A DNA stretch of 56,163 nucleotides from an uncultured Methanosarcinales archaeon (GTDB lineage Archaea > Nanobdellota > Nanobdellia > Woesearchaeales > UBA10216): NCBI GenBank assembly GCA_964504135.1, contig CAZDCW010000001.1:90667-146829 (forward strand). Reading direction: 5' to 3'. Of this stretch, positions 23,741 through 31,815 are shown in pieces. Both the position numbers and the translations under genes were made by a program. The first letter of the stretch is position 1; the number at the start of each line of letters is the position of its first letter. Under the pieces are notes generated by a model, which was not told the DNA's origin, ran no database searches, and saw only the letters and a program-made list of their open reading frames with translations.

Positions 23741-26446
23741 TCATTGCCATACCCTTGCCTCTATCACCGCAGGCCCCCATAGCGAGGGTACTCCCTGCAC
23801 TGTTGCAGTCTCTATGTTAATGTCTTCCTGGCTTAGTATTATGTTTAGCTTTCCGTTTTTCTCAAGGTCGAGCTTCTGGAAGAGCGAGTACGCTGACACG
23901 TCTATTGAGTCTGTGGCTGAATAGCTTGCTGTCTGGTAGTTGCATGTCTTGGTTCCGGAGTAGTCTGCGGGAATTTTGATGGTGGTGCTGCTTCCGTCTT
24001 CAAACTGGAGTTGCCAGTTGCATCCTTCTGATGTGCTTTGGCTTTGCGTGTAGCTTGTGGTTGTGTCTATGTTGAGCGTGTATATTGCCCTGTTGTCAGG
24101 CGAGCCTCCTGATGCGTTGCCGGGTCCTGTCGCTGTCTTTATCAGTATGCCGTTGTCTCCTGTGTGCAGCAGGCTTGCCGGCGAGTCTGCTATGAACGGG
24201 TCGCCGAGGGTTACATAGTCGTTTCCCCAGTCAGAAAGGGAGAAGGCTTTTTGCCCGTTTACTGTGAGGTTGTCTGTCCACTTGTTTCCTGAGTATGATG
24301 TGACTCTCGCCGCTGTTATGGTGGCGTTTTCAGGGATTGTCACTGTTCCTGTTGTGATGTTGTTCCCGAACCTGTCTGTCTCAAGCGTTACAGGTATCTT
24401 GTTGAATTCTGATGACAGGGCGGGCGTGTAGTTTATCTCTATGTATGAGTCGTCGTACAGCGTTGTGTTCGTGTTTCCTGTTCCGCTTATGTTTATCTGC
24501 TGCGCTGAGTAGCTTATTGCTACGAGCTCTCCTGCTATCTGCCTGTACACTTCGGCAAGCTGTGTTACATTTGTGGCGTTGTAGTAGCTTCCGTTGCAGG
24601 CTGCCATGTCCTGTAGGGTTTCAGCGTCCACGTCAGTCCCGAATCCCACTGTGTATACTGTTATGTTGTAATTGGTGCATGCGTCCTGGGCGGCTTCTAT
24701 TGCGTCTGTCTTTGCGTTTCCTGTTCCGACTCCTGTGCATTTGTCTGTTGCCTCTCCGTCGCTCATTACAACCATGCTTCTTTTCCTGCTGGTGTTGCTT
24801 AGCTTTGTGAGTATGTCCACCGACGCCTCGACTCCGCAGCATATGCACGTTCCCCAGTATGCGTCCATGTATGTTTCAAGGTGCGAGTTTATGATGCTCA
24901 GGTTGCCAGTCAGGTTCTCCCTTCCTGCTATGCTGTCCGGGAATGGCGCATACCTGTCTGTCCATGTCCCGTTTGCAGGTATTACCGCGTTCCATTGGTT
25001 TGTGTATTCAACCACTCCCAGCCTGTTTCCGGCTGTGCCGAGGATTGTGCTGCCGAATATCTTGCTGGCGTTGAGTGCTATGTCTATTTTCCTGCTGTCG
25101 TTTGAGGTGCAGTGCGCATGCCATCTTCCGCTGCATACAGGCCCTTGTCCGGTTATTGTGTAGTTTTCTGTCCACCAGTCGCAGTATGTTCCGTTTTCAG
25201 GCCTGTAGTTGGCTATTGTGTTGCAGTATTTTTGCGGCCCAAGGACAGACGTTGAGCATATTGTGCCCGAGCACCACTCCATTGAGCCGCTTAGGTCGTT
25301 GGCAAGGACAACATCTGCTGTGCCTGCTCCTGTTATGGTCTGGTTTCCGCTTCCTGAGCCTATTCTCAGCGGGATTGTCCTCTGGCCGAGGGCTGTGTAG
25401 TTGAGCTTTGCCGCCATTTCAGTGTTGGTGATGTCTGCAGTCACAGCTCCTGCTGCCTGGCTGCTGTACACTGTGGAGTTTCCTATTGTCATGAAAGTCA
25501 GGTATGGGCTGTTGTAGTGCAGGTGTGCTGTCATCGTGGATATGTTGCCTGGTATGTAGATTGAGCTGTAGATGTTTATAATGCCTTCAATGCCAGGCAG
25601 CCATTCCCTTTTGGCGGCTGTTGTCTGGAAGTAGCCTGCTTCTGTGTCATTAAGCTCCCCTGTTGTAAGTTTCACTTTTAGGAAGCCGCCTGATATGTAT
25701 CCAGTCCCGTTGAAGGCTATTTTTATTGTGTTTGTCCCGTTCCTGAAGTTCTGGACGCTGCTGATGTTCCACTTTCCAACCCCGCCGGAGGTCGTGTATT
25801 TTCCTGATTCGGCTGAATTTACGAGTAAGGTAAAGTTGTTGCTTGACTCAGCCTCAATGTACGCCTCTGTTATGCTTGTGATTTTTTGTGGGAGTTCCAT
25901 TCTTTGCGTTATGTTCCCCTCTCCTGTGAAACCGCCGAAGTACAGGTAGGAGTTGGTTGTCCTTGCCTGGACGCTTGTGAGGGCCATTCTGGAGGAATAG
26001 CCCTTGTACGGCTTGTCTTTTGATATGCCTGACACAAGGGCTTTTGTCACGTACAGGCTTGACTTCTGTGAAAGGTTGTTGCTGTAAATCAGCTCGTTGT
26101 CAGCGTATACTGCGAACCCGACATTTTCAGGTATGAATTCTCCTGTCAGGTTCATTATTAGCTGCCTTGCGTATTCTGTCTTGTTCTCAGCCCAGAGCGC
26201 CCCTATCTGCTCCAGGACTGTTATGTTTGAGTTTGTGACTGTCCCGTTGGCTATCAGCGCTGTCAGGTAGCTGTTGTTTATTTCGCTGACTTTTATTCCT
26301 GACAGTAGCGTGAGCGTGTCCTGGGCAAGGTATGTTGTTGTTGCAGTCTCCTCCTTGATGTATGTTGATGAGAGCAGGAGGAGGCCAAGCATTAGCAGCG
26401 TGGCTCCCAGCAGGGCGTCCAGGCTGAAGTAGTAGCCTGACTTCAT
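23741..26446 (-). CDS. large pilin-like protein carrying a vWA domain (putative pilus adhesin)
   Basis: ATGA overlap start gives MKSGYYFSLDALLGATLLMLGLLLL (prepilin-like). MIDAS motif VVLANDLSGSM (DLSGS at 25283-25297), then MVVMSDGEATD and VYTVGFG. Confidence 0.8.
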   Translation of the reverse strand: MKSGYYFSLDALLGATLLMLGLLLLSSTYIKEETATTTYLAQDTLTLLSGIKVSEINNSYLTALIANGTVTNSNITVLEQIGALWAENKTEYARQLIMNLTGEFIPENVGFAVYADNELIYSNNLSQKSSLYVTKALVSGISKDKPYKGYSSRMALTSVQARTTNSYLYFGGFTGEGNITQRMELPQKITSITEAYIEAESSNNFTLLVNSAESGKYTTSGGVGKWNISSVQNFRNGTNTIKIAFNGTGYISGGFLKVKLTTGELNDTEAGYFQTTAAKREWLPGIEGIINIYSSIYIPGNISTMTAHLHYNSPYLTFMTIGNSTVYSSQAAGAVTADITNTEMAAKLNYTALGQRTIPLRIGSGSGNQTITGAGTADVVLANDLSGSMEWCSGTICSTSVLGPQKYCNTIANYRPENGTYCDWWTENYTITGQGPVCSGRWHAHCTSNDSRKIDIALNASKIFGSTILGTAGNRLGVVEYTNQWNAVIPANGTWTDRYAPFPDSIAGRENLTGNLSIINSHLETYMDAYWGTCICCGVEASVDILTKLSNTSRKRSMVVMSDGEATDKCTGVGTGNAKTDAIEAAQDACTNYNITVYTVGFGTDVDAETLQDMAACNGSYYNATNVTQLAEVYRQIAGELVAISYSAQQINISGTGNTNTTLYDDSYIEINYTPALSSEFNKIPVTLETDRFGNNITTGTVTIPENATITAARVTSYSGNKWTDNLTVNGQKAFSLSDWGNDYVTLGDPFIADSPASLLHTGDNGILIKTATGPGNASGGSPDNRAIYTLNIDTTTSYTQSQSTSEGCNWQLQFEDGSSTTIKIPADYSGTKTCNYQTASYSATDSIDVSAYSLFQKLDLEKNGKLNIILSQEDINIETATVQGVPSLWGPAVIEARVWQ

Positions 26447-26967
26447 TTCTCCCTCCACACATAGACTATCATCTTTGTCAGGCCGTTCCTGTAGAGGAGC
26501 CTTTCAGACTGGACAAGGTATTTCGCGTTTACTGTTGCGTTGTTGCAGGTTTCTGCGGTTATGTTTGTTATGTTCAGCTTTCCTATCCCGCAGGTCCCGT
26601 TTATGCTTATCACGTTTCCGTTTGGGTCCTGGAAGTGGGCGTAGAAGTCGTTCCTTGTCCCAAGCAGCACTTTCAGCGTGGAATACTCTATTTTTGACGT
26701 TTCCTGGACTTTGGAGTCCATTATTACCCGCTCCCCGTTTGTTATTCCCAGTTTCTGGACGCTGCCCGAGTCCCACGGTGAGGGATACCCTTTTCCTGAG
26801 AGGGAGCTTCCTATGAATTCTGATTCCAGCCTGAGCTCCTCAAGCTGCCTTTCATCTGTGTCAGAGATGTTGGAGCTTACTCTTATGTAGGCGACAAGGG
26901 CTATTGCGAATATTATTGTGCCTATCAGGAGGTCGGTAAACCATGCCTGGCCCTTATTGGCTGACAT
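26443..26967 (-). CDS. pilin-like protein (class III signal peptide)
   Basis: MSANKGQAWFTDLLIGTIIFAIALVAYI has a KGQ cleavage-type motif plus a hydrophobic helix. It overlaps both neighbouring genes. Confidence 0.7.
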   Translation of the reverse strand: MSANKGQAWFTDLLIGTIIFAIALVAYIRVSSNISDTDERQLEELRLESEFIGSSLSGKGYPSPWDSGSVQKLGITNGERVIMDSKVQETSKIEYSTLKVLLGTRNDFYAHFQDPNGNVISINGTCGIGKLNITNITAETCNNATVNAKYLVQSERLLYRNGLTKMIVYVWREK

Positions 26968-27361
26968 AAATCAGCCCTCCTGACTTCCTTAATGTATTCC
27001 TGCCCTTGGCAAGGCTTCCCTGCGTTAGGGGCGCCTTGACAGGGTATTCAACGTCATCACTCGTAAATATTATCGTGCTGCCTATGGTGGTTATGGAGTA
27101 GTCCTCTCCGCTTAGATTGTGGGGCAGTTTTAGCTCCCTTGTGTAGCCTTCTTCAGCCTCTGAGGCTATGAAAAGCTCGCTTCTGGTGTTCGCCGCGAGG
27201 TCCTTTACAAGGAAGGTTTTGCTGTCCTGCTTCAGGTCGCTGAATTGCCTGCCTGCCCCTATTATCAGTACAGCCGCTATGAGCATGGCTGCTCCTGCGG
27301 CATACAGGAACTCGAGGGATAGCTGCGCCTTCATGGTCAGCTTGAGGTTATGTTTACCCTG
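26954..27361 (-). CDS. pilin-like protein (class III signal peptide)
   Basis: The internal start gives MKAQLSLEFLYAAGAAMLIAAVLIIGAG with a Q-x-S-x-E motif. The upstream 133 codons of the track ORF lie in an alternate frame of the preceding pilin gene. Confidence 0.7.
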   Translation of the reverse strand, partial: QGKHNLKLTMKAQLSLEFLYAAGAAMLIAAVLIIGAGRQFSDLKQDSKTFLVKDLAANTRSELFIASEAEEGYTRELKLPHNLSGEDYSITTIGSTIIFTSDDVEYPVKAPLTQGSLAKGRNTLRKSGGLIYVSQ

Positions 27362-27744
27362 TCTCCGATGTTTTCTATCCTTATGTAGGCCAGCCCGCCA
27401 GGGCTGGATGTTATGCTTCCGCTCATGTTGACATCTGCCACTTCTACAACGTCGCTTACTCCTGCGCTTCCCCTTATGGATATGACAAGCTCCCTGCCGG
27501 AGATGCTTACAGACTCCATTCTCTGGGGCATTAGCACTTTTATTGTTGTGACTGAGGGCTTTCCGAGGTAGTACACCTTTTCTGCGTTGTCCACTATCTT
27601 CCTTGCCACGCTTTTTGCCTGCATGCTGTTTATCTGCTCCAGGTTGCTGCTTGACTGGCTGTAGAATATGATTACTGTTGGTATTGTAAGCAGAAGGGCA
27701 AAGCCCACTATCATTATGTATTCTGTGCTTATCTGCGCCTTCAT
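27337..27744 (-). CDS. pilin-like protein (class III signal peptide), first gene of the operon
   Basis: MKAQISTEYIMIVGFALLLTIPTVIIFY with a Q-x-S-x-E motif. A TATA-like box sits about 28 nt upstream. Confidence 0.75.
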   Translation of the reverse strand: MKAQISTEYIMIVGFALLLTIPTVIIFYSQSSSNLEQINSMQAKSVARKIVDNAEKVYYLGKPSVTTIKVLMPQRMESVSISGRELVISIRGSAGVSDVVEVADVNMSGSITSSPGGLAYIRIENIGDRVNITSS

Positions 27745-27766
27745 GGCTTAACCCTCGCATGGCGGC

Positions 27767-27777
27767 TATTTAAATTA
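27767..27777 (-). promoter_or_regulatory. TATA-like box for the pilin operon
   Basis: tatttaaatta is centred about 28 nt upstream of ATG 27744, a spacing that fits a leaderless archaeal transcript. Confidence 0.4.
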
Positions 27778-27884
27778 TGCTGTATGATGGTATTGTTCAG
27801 GGAACGGGTGTTAGGTGATGGCTGTTAAAAAAACGGCTGGCGCGCGGGTAGTAATAGAATCGCCAATTGAATTATTCTTAATTC

Positions 27885-28685
27885 CTAAGGAAAATAGATA
27901 GTGACTGTAATCACATTACCCTGTTGAGCAATACCTGTCTTGTAACTGTCCCTGTCTTCCATCTCGCTAACTATCTTAAGAATCTTCTTGACGTTTTGGT
28001 AACCTATGCCATGTATAGCTAAGAATTTAATGCCATAGTTCTGGTGCGTCTGTATTTTACGCTGGATTAAACCTTCAAGCTCATCTTCTTCCATCTCAGT
28101 ATGGACAAAGATAGCGAAGGGTTGGGTTGTGATGATGGTTTGGAAATATTGTTGATATTCCTCAGGTGTAAAAGTCGGTGATTGGCTCATTTCCTCATAC
28201 GCTTGCTTAAGATAGCCTTCAAAATAATTGGCGCTACACAAGTTGGAAATAATCTTTCCATCTTCGCCATATTTACGCATTATGTCTCTTTTTAAGTCCT
28301 TAATGTCTGAACCTTGTCTGTATACTTCTCTCAGATAAAGTGATGCTTCCAGAATTTTATAATGCCTATCGCTTATCTTGTCTTTGTAGTATGAGAGTGT
28401 TAGTTCAGTGGCACTTGCTTTTCTCTTGATATCTATTACTCGATCTTCGGCTTTCTTTTCTATTATGTTTAAAATATCTTTTCGTTCAAAGCCAGTAAGG
28501 AGAGCCCTCATAACCTTTTCTTTTTCTTCTGAGTCAAGCGCAAGAAGATTAACTTTTGGGACACCATTATCAACGATTGTCTTCCGAGAATCACCTTCCT
28601 TCTTTACAATGATAGTGGGGCTTAGAATCTTTGCGCTACTTAAATCAATTTTTATTATCTGCTTTAAAGCTTCAAGAAAACCCAT
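27885..28685 (-). CDS. hypothetical protein with a C-terminal Smr-like domain (tentative)
   Basis: Low-GC ORF of 266 aa. The C-terminus IFVHTEMEEDELEGLIQRKIQTHQNYGIKFLAIHGIGYQNVKKILKIVSEME...QQGNVITVTIYF follows the Smr layout (LDLHG-like strand, helix, hhhHGxG, helix, terminal G-x-hydrophobic strand). The N-terminal ~190 aa are unrecognised. Confidence 0.5.
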   Translation of the reverse strand: MGFLEALKQIIKIDLSSAKILSPTIIVKKEGDSRKTIVDNGVPKVNLLALDSEEKEKVMRALLTGFERKDILNIIEKKAEDRVIDIKRKASATELTLSYYKDKISDRHYKILEASLYLREVYRQGSDIKDLKRDIMRKYGEDGKIISNLCSANYFEGYLKQAYEEMSQSPTFTPEEYQQYFQTIITTQPFAIFVHTEMEEDELEGLIQRKIQTHQNYGIKFLAIHGIGYQNVKKILKIVSEMEDRDSYKTGIAQQGNVITVTIYFP

Positions 28686-28688
28686 ACG

Positions 28689-28922
28689 CTAAGTTTTTTT
28701 TGAGAAACCTATTAGAGATATCAGATCGTTCTTGATGAATACTAAAGACCCGTTGCTGATACCTGCAAATTCACCAAGTTTTACCTCTTCACCCTCTGGA
28801 GTCAATACTCTTTGGGACGGGTTTGAGACCTCAACTACAAAGCCTTCATCGTCGACAGTCTTAGAGAAAGTCTCTAGAATGTCCTTCGCTACGCTTTCCT
28901 CAAACAAGATAGTTTCAGTCAT
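28689..28922 (-). CDS. small hypothetical protein (77 aa), upstream partner of the Smr-like gene
   Basis: ATG 28922 is preceded by TGGAGTGAAACC (SD-like). The alternative ATG 28982 abuts a TATA-like box. The stop lies 3 nt before the next start. Low GC. Confidence 0.45.
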   Translation of the reverse strand: MTETILFEESVAKDILETFSKTVDDEGFVVEVSNPSQRVLTPEGEEVKLGEFAGISNGSLVFIKNDLISLIGFSKKT

Positions 28923-29075
28923 GGTTTCACTCCAAACCGCATCCGAGCTATTAGGAGGCCTGCCCCTTATTAAGGTTTCCATTATAGATTATAAGGGGCG
29001 TATAAGTCCTCTTCAAGGGTCAATCAGCCGAAGCTTAACATCCAAAGGCTGAACAATACCTTGTATAATAGTAAG

Positions 29076-29150
29076 TTTTCTTTGCAGGCTGGCCCTGCGT
29101 TTTCCGTTCACTTTGTTCGCGTCAGTACACGAAGAGTCAGCCTGCTGCCA
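29076..29150 (+). repeat. intergenic repeat element, copy 2 (with a small internal duplication)
   Basis: ttttctttgcaggc...tccgttcac[tttgttcgcgtcagtacac]gaagagtcagcctgctgcca, in the same orientation as copy 1. Confidence 0.8.
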
Positions 29151-29164
29151 GCAATAATAAGGAG

Positions 29165-29186
29165 CCAAAAAACTGCTTTAAAAAGG
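29165..29186 (-). terminator. oligo-T terminator after the major pilin gene
   Basis: The minus strand reads CCTTTTTAAAGCAGTTTTTTGG (T5 and T6 runs), starting about 12 nt after the stop codon. Confidence 0.45.
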
Positions 29187-29197
29187 CAATAACTCGA

Positions 29198-29692
29198 CTA
29201 AGTAGCCTGCCCTGTGATTGTTCCTGTTGTGCCGTGGGTTACTCCTGTTTCAAGGCTCTTGTAGTTTAACGTTACTTCAGCCTTGAACCTTCCTGAGGAT
29301 ATGGAAGTGCAGGTTATCCTTATTATTCCCTGCTGGTCGTTCTCAAACGTTAGCCCTGCGCCCAGGGCTGCCGGTGTACATCCTACGCCTGTACATGCGG
29401 TTATTGCCGGTGCTGCGCAGTCGTCATCAGCTCCTGTGTCGTCAGTTACTCCTGTAAGGTTTGTCCTATAGCCGTTGTTGTTCCTCACTGCAAAGTCAAA
29501 CCTGTTGTTTGCGTCGCTTATCTCTGCCTTTTCAAGGCAGGAGAAGCCTGCTGGGAACTGGCATGTTTCTGGCAGGTATTTCTGCGGGCTTAGGACTCCG
29601 AAATATGCCAGGGCGGCAATGGCAGCCAGCACTACGAGCAGTGCCCAGCCATAGGTCATCAAGAATTCCATTGCAGCCTGGCCTTTTTTCAT
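29198..29692 (-). CDS. major pilin candidate (archaeal type IV pilin, class III signal peptide)
   Basis: MKKGQAAMEFLMTYGWALLVVLAAIAALAYFGV closely resembles Epd-type pilin N-termini (KGQ then hydrophobic). A strong TATA box (TTTATATATAA) and a GGGTG SD lie upstream, and T-runs follow the stop. Confidence 0.8.
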   Translation of the reverse strand: MKKGQAAMEFLMTYGWALLVVLAAIAALAYFGVLSPQKYLPETCQFPAGFSCLEKAEISDANNRFDFAVRNNNGYRTNLTGVTDDTGADDDCAAPAITACTGVGCTPAALGAGLTFENDQQGIIRITCTSISSGRFKAEVTLNYKSLETGVTHGTTGTITGQAT

Positions 29693-29731
29693 ATGTGCAC
29701 CCTTTTTTTTTACTTCTAGCCCTGGGTTCGG

Positions 29732-29742
29732 TTATATATAAA
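29732..29742 (-). promoter_or_regulatory. TATA box for the major pilin gene
   Basis: The minus strand reads TTTATATATAA about 45 nt upstream of the ATG, followed by an A-run and a GGGTG SD 5 nt before the ATG. Confidence 0.45.
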
Positions 29743-29760
29743 TCTTTTGGATTGTTTTTC

Positions 29761-31020
29761 TCAGGTCCCTTCCTGCCAGCTTGACAGGTATTTTCGCTGC
29801 TCTTCGGTCAGCTGGTCAATCTGGATTCCAAGGGCTTCCAGCTGTAATGCAGCCACTCCATCGTCAATCTCATCAGGCAGGACATGAACTCCTGGTTTTA
29901 GCTTGCCTCTGTTCTTTGCCAGGTACTCGCAGGCCAATGCCTGGTTGCAGAAGGACATGGACATTATTTCAGATGGGTGGCCTTCAGCCGCCACCAGGTT
30001 CACCAGCCTTCCTTCTCCGAGTATATAGATTCGCTTGCTGCCAAGGCTGAATTCTTCCATGTAGGGCCTGATTTTTCTGGATTTTGCCAATTTCCTGAGC
30101 TCGGTGATGTTTATTTCAGCGTCAAAGTGCCCTGAATTGCAGAGTATGGCTCCATTCTTCATTGTTTTCATATGCTCAATATTTATCACGTTCTTGTTCC
30201 CGGTTACAGTTACGAATATGTCCCCTGTTTTCGCAGCTCCCATGATGGGCATTACCCTGTATCCGTCATAGGCCGCCTGGAGCGCGCTGAAGGGGTCAAC
30301 TTCCACAACTATAACGTTGGCGTCCATTCCCTGTGCCCGCTTGGCCACTCCTTTCCCGCAGTCTCCGTAGCCGCAGACAACAAAATTTTTCCCGGCAACC
30401 AGGACATTCGAGGCCCTTAGTATTCCGTCAATCGTGCTCTGTCCAGTTCCTTTGACATTGTCCATCAGGTGCTTTGTCTTGGCCTCATTTACAGCAATTA
30501 TAGGGTACTTTAGTGCGTTGTCCTTCTCCATGGCTTTCAGCCTGATGACTCCTGTGCTGGTCTCTTCAGCGCCCCCTATTATGCCCTTTATGAGTTCAGG
30601 ATGGCTCTTGTGAATCTCGCTTACAAGGTCGCAGCCGTCATCTATGGTTATGCTTGGCCTGTGCTCAACAACCTTCCTGAGGAACCTGTAATAATCCTCT
30701 TTTGTCTCGCCTTTGTATGCATAAACTGCAATTCCTTCTTTTGCAAGTGCCGCCACAACATGGTCCTGCGTGCTTAATGGGTTGCAGGAGCACAGGCTTA
30801 CTTCTGCCCCTCCTGCCGCAAGAGTGCGTACAAGGGCTGCAGTTTCCTTGGATGGGTGCAGCGCCATCCCAACCATCAGCCCCTTTAGCGGCTTCTCCCT
30901 GGCGAACCTCTCCCTGACCTTCATCAGGGCTGCCATCTGGCTTTCAGCATATTCTATGTCAAGTTTTCCTGCTTCAGCCAGCCTTATGTCTTTCACTGTG
31001 TAGTTCGGGCCTTCGTCCAT
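29761..31020 (-). CDS. ahcY: adenosylhomocysteinase
   Basis: Full-length similarity pattern: MDEGPNYTVKDIRLAEAGKLDIEYAESQMAALM, CNPLSTQDHVVAAL, GYGDCGKGVA (NAD site), NSGHFDAEI. Start taken at Met27 of the track ORF. Confidence 0.95.
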   Translation of the reverse strand: MDEGPNYTVKDIRLAEAGKLDIEYAESQMAALMKVRERFAREKPLKGLMVGMALHPSKETAALVRTLAAGGAEVSLCSCNPLSTQDHVVAALAKEGIAVYAYKGETKEDYYRFLRKVVEHRPSITIDDGCDLVSEIHKSHPELIKGIIGGAEETSTGVIRLKAMEKDNALKYPIIAVNEAKTKHLMDNVKGTGQSTIDGILRASNVLVAGKNFVVCGYGDCGKGVAKRAQGMDANVIVVEVDPFSALQAAYDGYRVMPIMGAAKTGDIFVTVTGNKNVINIEHMKTMKNGAILCNSGHFDAEINITELRKLAKSRKIRPYMEEFSLGSKRIYILGEGRLVNLVAAEGHPSEIMSMSFCNQALACEYLAKNRGKLKPGVHVLPDEIDDGVAALQLEALGIQIDQLTEEQRKYLSSWQEGT

Positions 31021-31096
31021 GGCGAGGGCAAATCCGCCGCAGCTTTTAATGTTTTTGCCCGCAATTATTTTAAACAAGCCCGCAATCCGGCACGTC

Positions 31097-31813
31097 ATGG
31101 AAGTCGGGGTTAAGTTCTACAGCCACAACAAGGTTTCTGAGGAGGATTTTGACTTTGCTGACTTCGTGGAAATACTTGCAGTCCCGGGAAATCCGATTGG
31201 GGTTTTCGGAAGTTTCAGGGCTAAGTTCAGGGTTCATTGCCCGCATGACGCTTTCAATTTCAACCCTTCCAATGCTAAGCGTGAGGAAAGGAATACGGCC
31301 ATGCTCAGGGAAACAATCATGGCTGCTGACCAGCTTAATGCCGACAGGATTGTTGTTCATGCAGGCTACAATTCGCCAAAGCTTAAGATTAGGGATTGCA
31401 AGAAGAACGCAATCGCATTTCTGAAGGCAAATTTTGATTCCCGCATATGCATTGAAAACCTGCTTCCAAAGGACGGGGATTTGACTTGGGTTGCTTACTC
31501 GCCTGAGGAGATTGCGGAATTCAGGGATTTGGGTTTCAGGTTCTGCCTTGATTTCGGCCATGCTGTTGGAACAGCCTCGCATTTTGGTCTGGACTACAAG
31601 GACTACATCAGCAGGTTCGTTAATCTTAAGCCGGATTACTTTCACCTTTCAGGCACAATCAATGGCGTGGACAGGCACCAGAGCATTCTTGTGGCTGACA
31701 CTGATTTGGAGTTCATGAAGCAGATAATCAGGAGGGCAGGCAAGCCAGTCTGCCTGGAGACGCCTGTAATCACCGGGCAAAGAAGGAAGGAAGTCGAGTT
31801 TCTGAAAAAGTAG
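31097..31813 (+). CDS. xylose isomerase-like TIM-barrel protein (sugar phosphate isomerase / AP-endonuclease-2 family)
   Basis: RIVVHAGY, ICIENL, CLDFGHA and HLSG follow the metal-ligand pattern of this fold. ATG 31097 was chosen because the track extension overlaps ahcY. Confidence 0.6.
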   Translation: MEVGVKFYSHNKVSEEDFDFADFVEILAVPGNPIGVFGSFRAKFRVHCPHDAFNFNPSNAKREERNTAMLRETIMAADQLNADRIVVHAGYNSPKLKIRDCKKNAIAFLKANFDSRICIENLLPKDGDLTWVAYSPEEIAEFRDLGFRFCLDFGHAVGTASHFGLDYKDYISRFVNLKPDYFHLSGTINGVDRHQSILVADTDLEFMKQIIRRAGKPVCLETPVITGQRRKEVEFLKK

Positions 31814-31815
31814 TC

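Noticed and set aside
23595-23780. 5' extension of ORF 22638..23780 (MGACGDRGKGMAMKWQ...).
   Set aside because: It overlaps the vWA gene's 3' end. The internal Met at 23594 starts a typical basic n-region plus hydrophobic anchor.
27362-27760. 5' extension of track ORF 26954..27760 (268 aa, R/K/H-rich N-terminal half).
   Set aside because: The first 133 codons run through the 27337..27744 pilin gene in another frame and have junk-like composition (HKGKRRSKRRCRSGRC). The internal Met gives a clean class III signal (MKAQLSLEF), so only 26954..27361 is kept.
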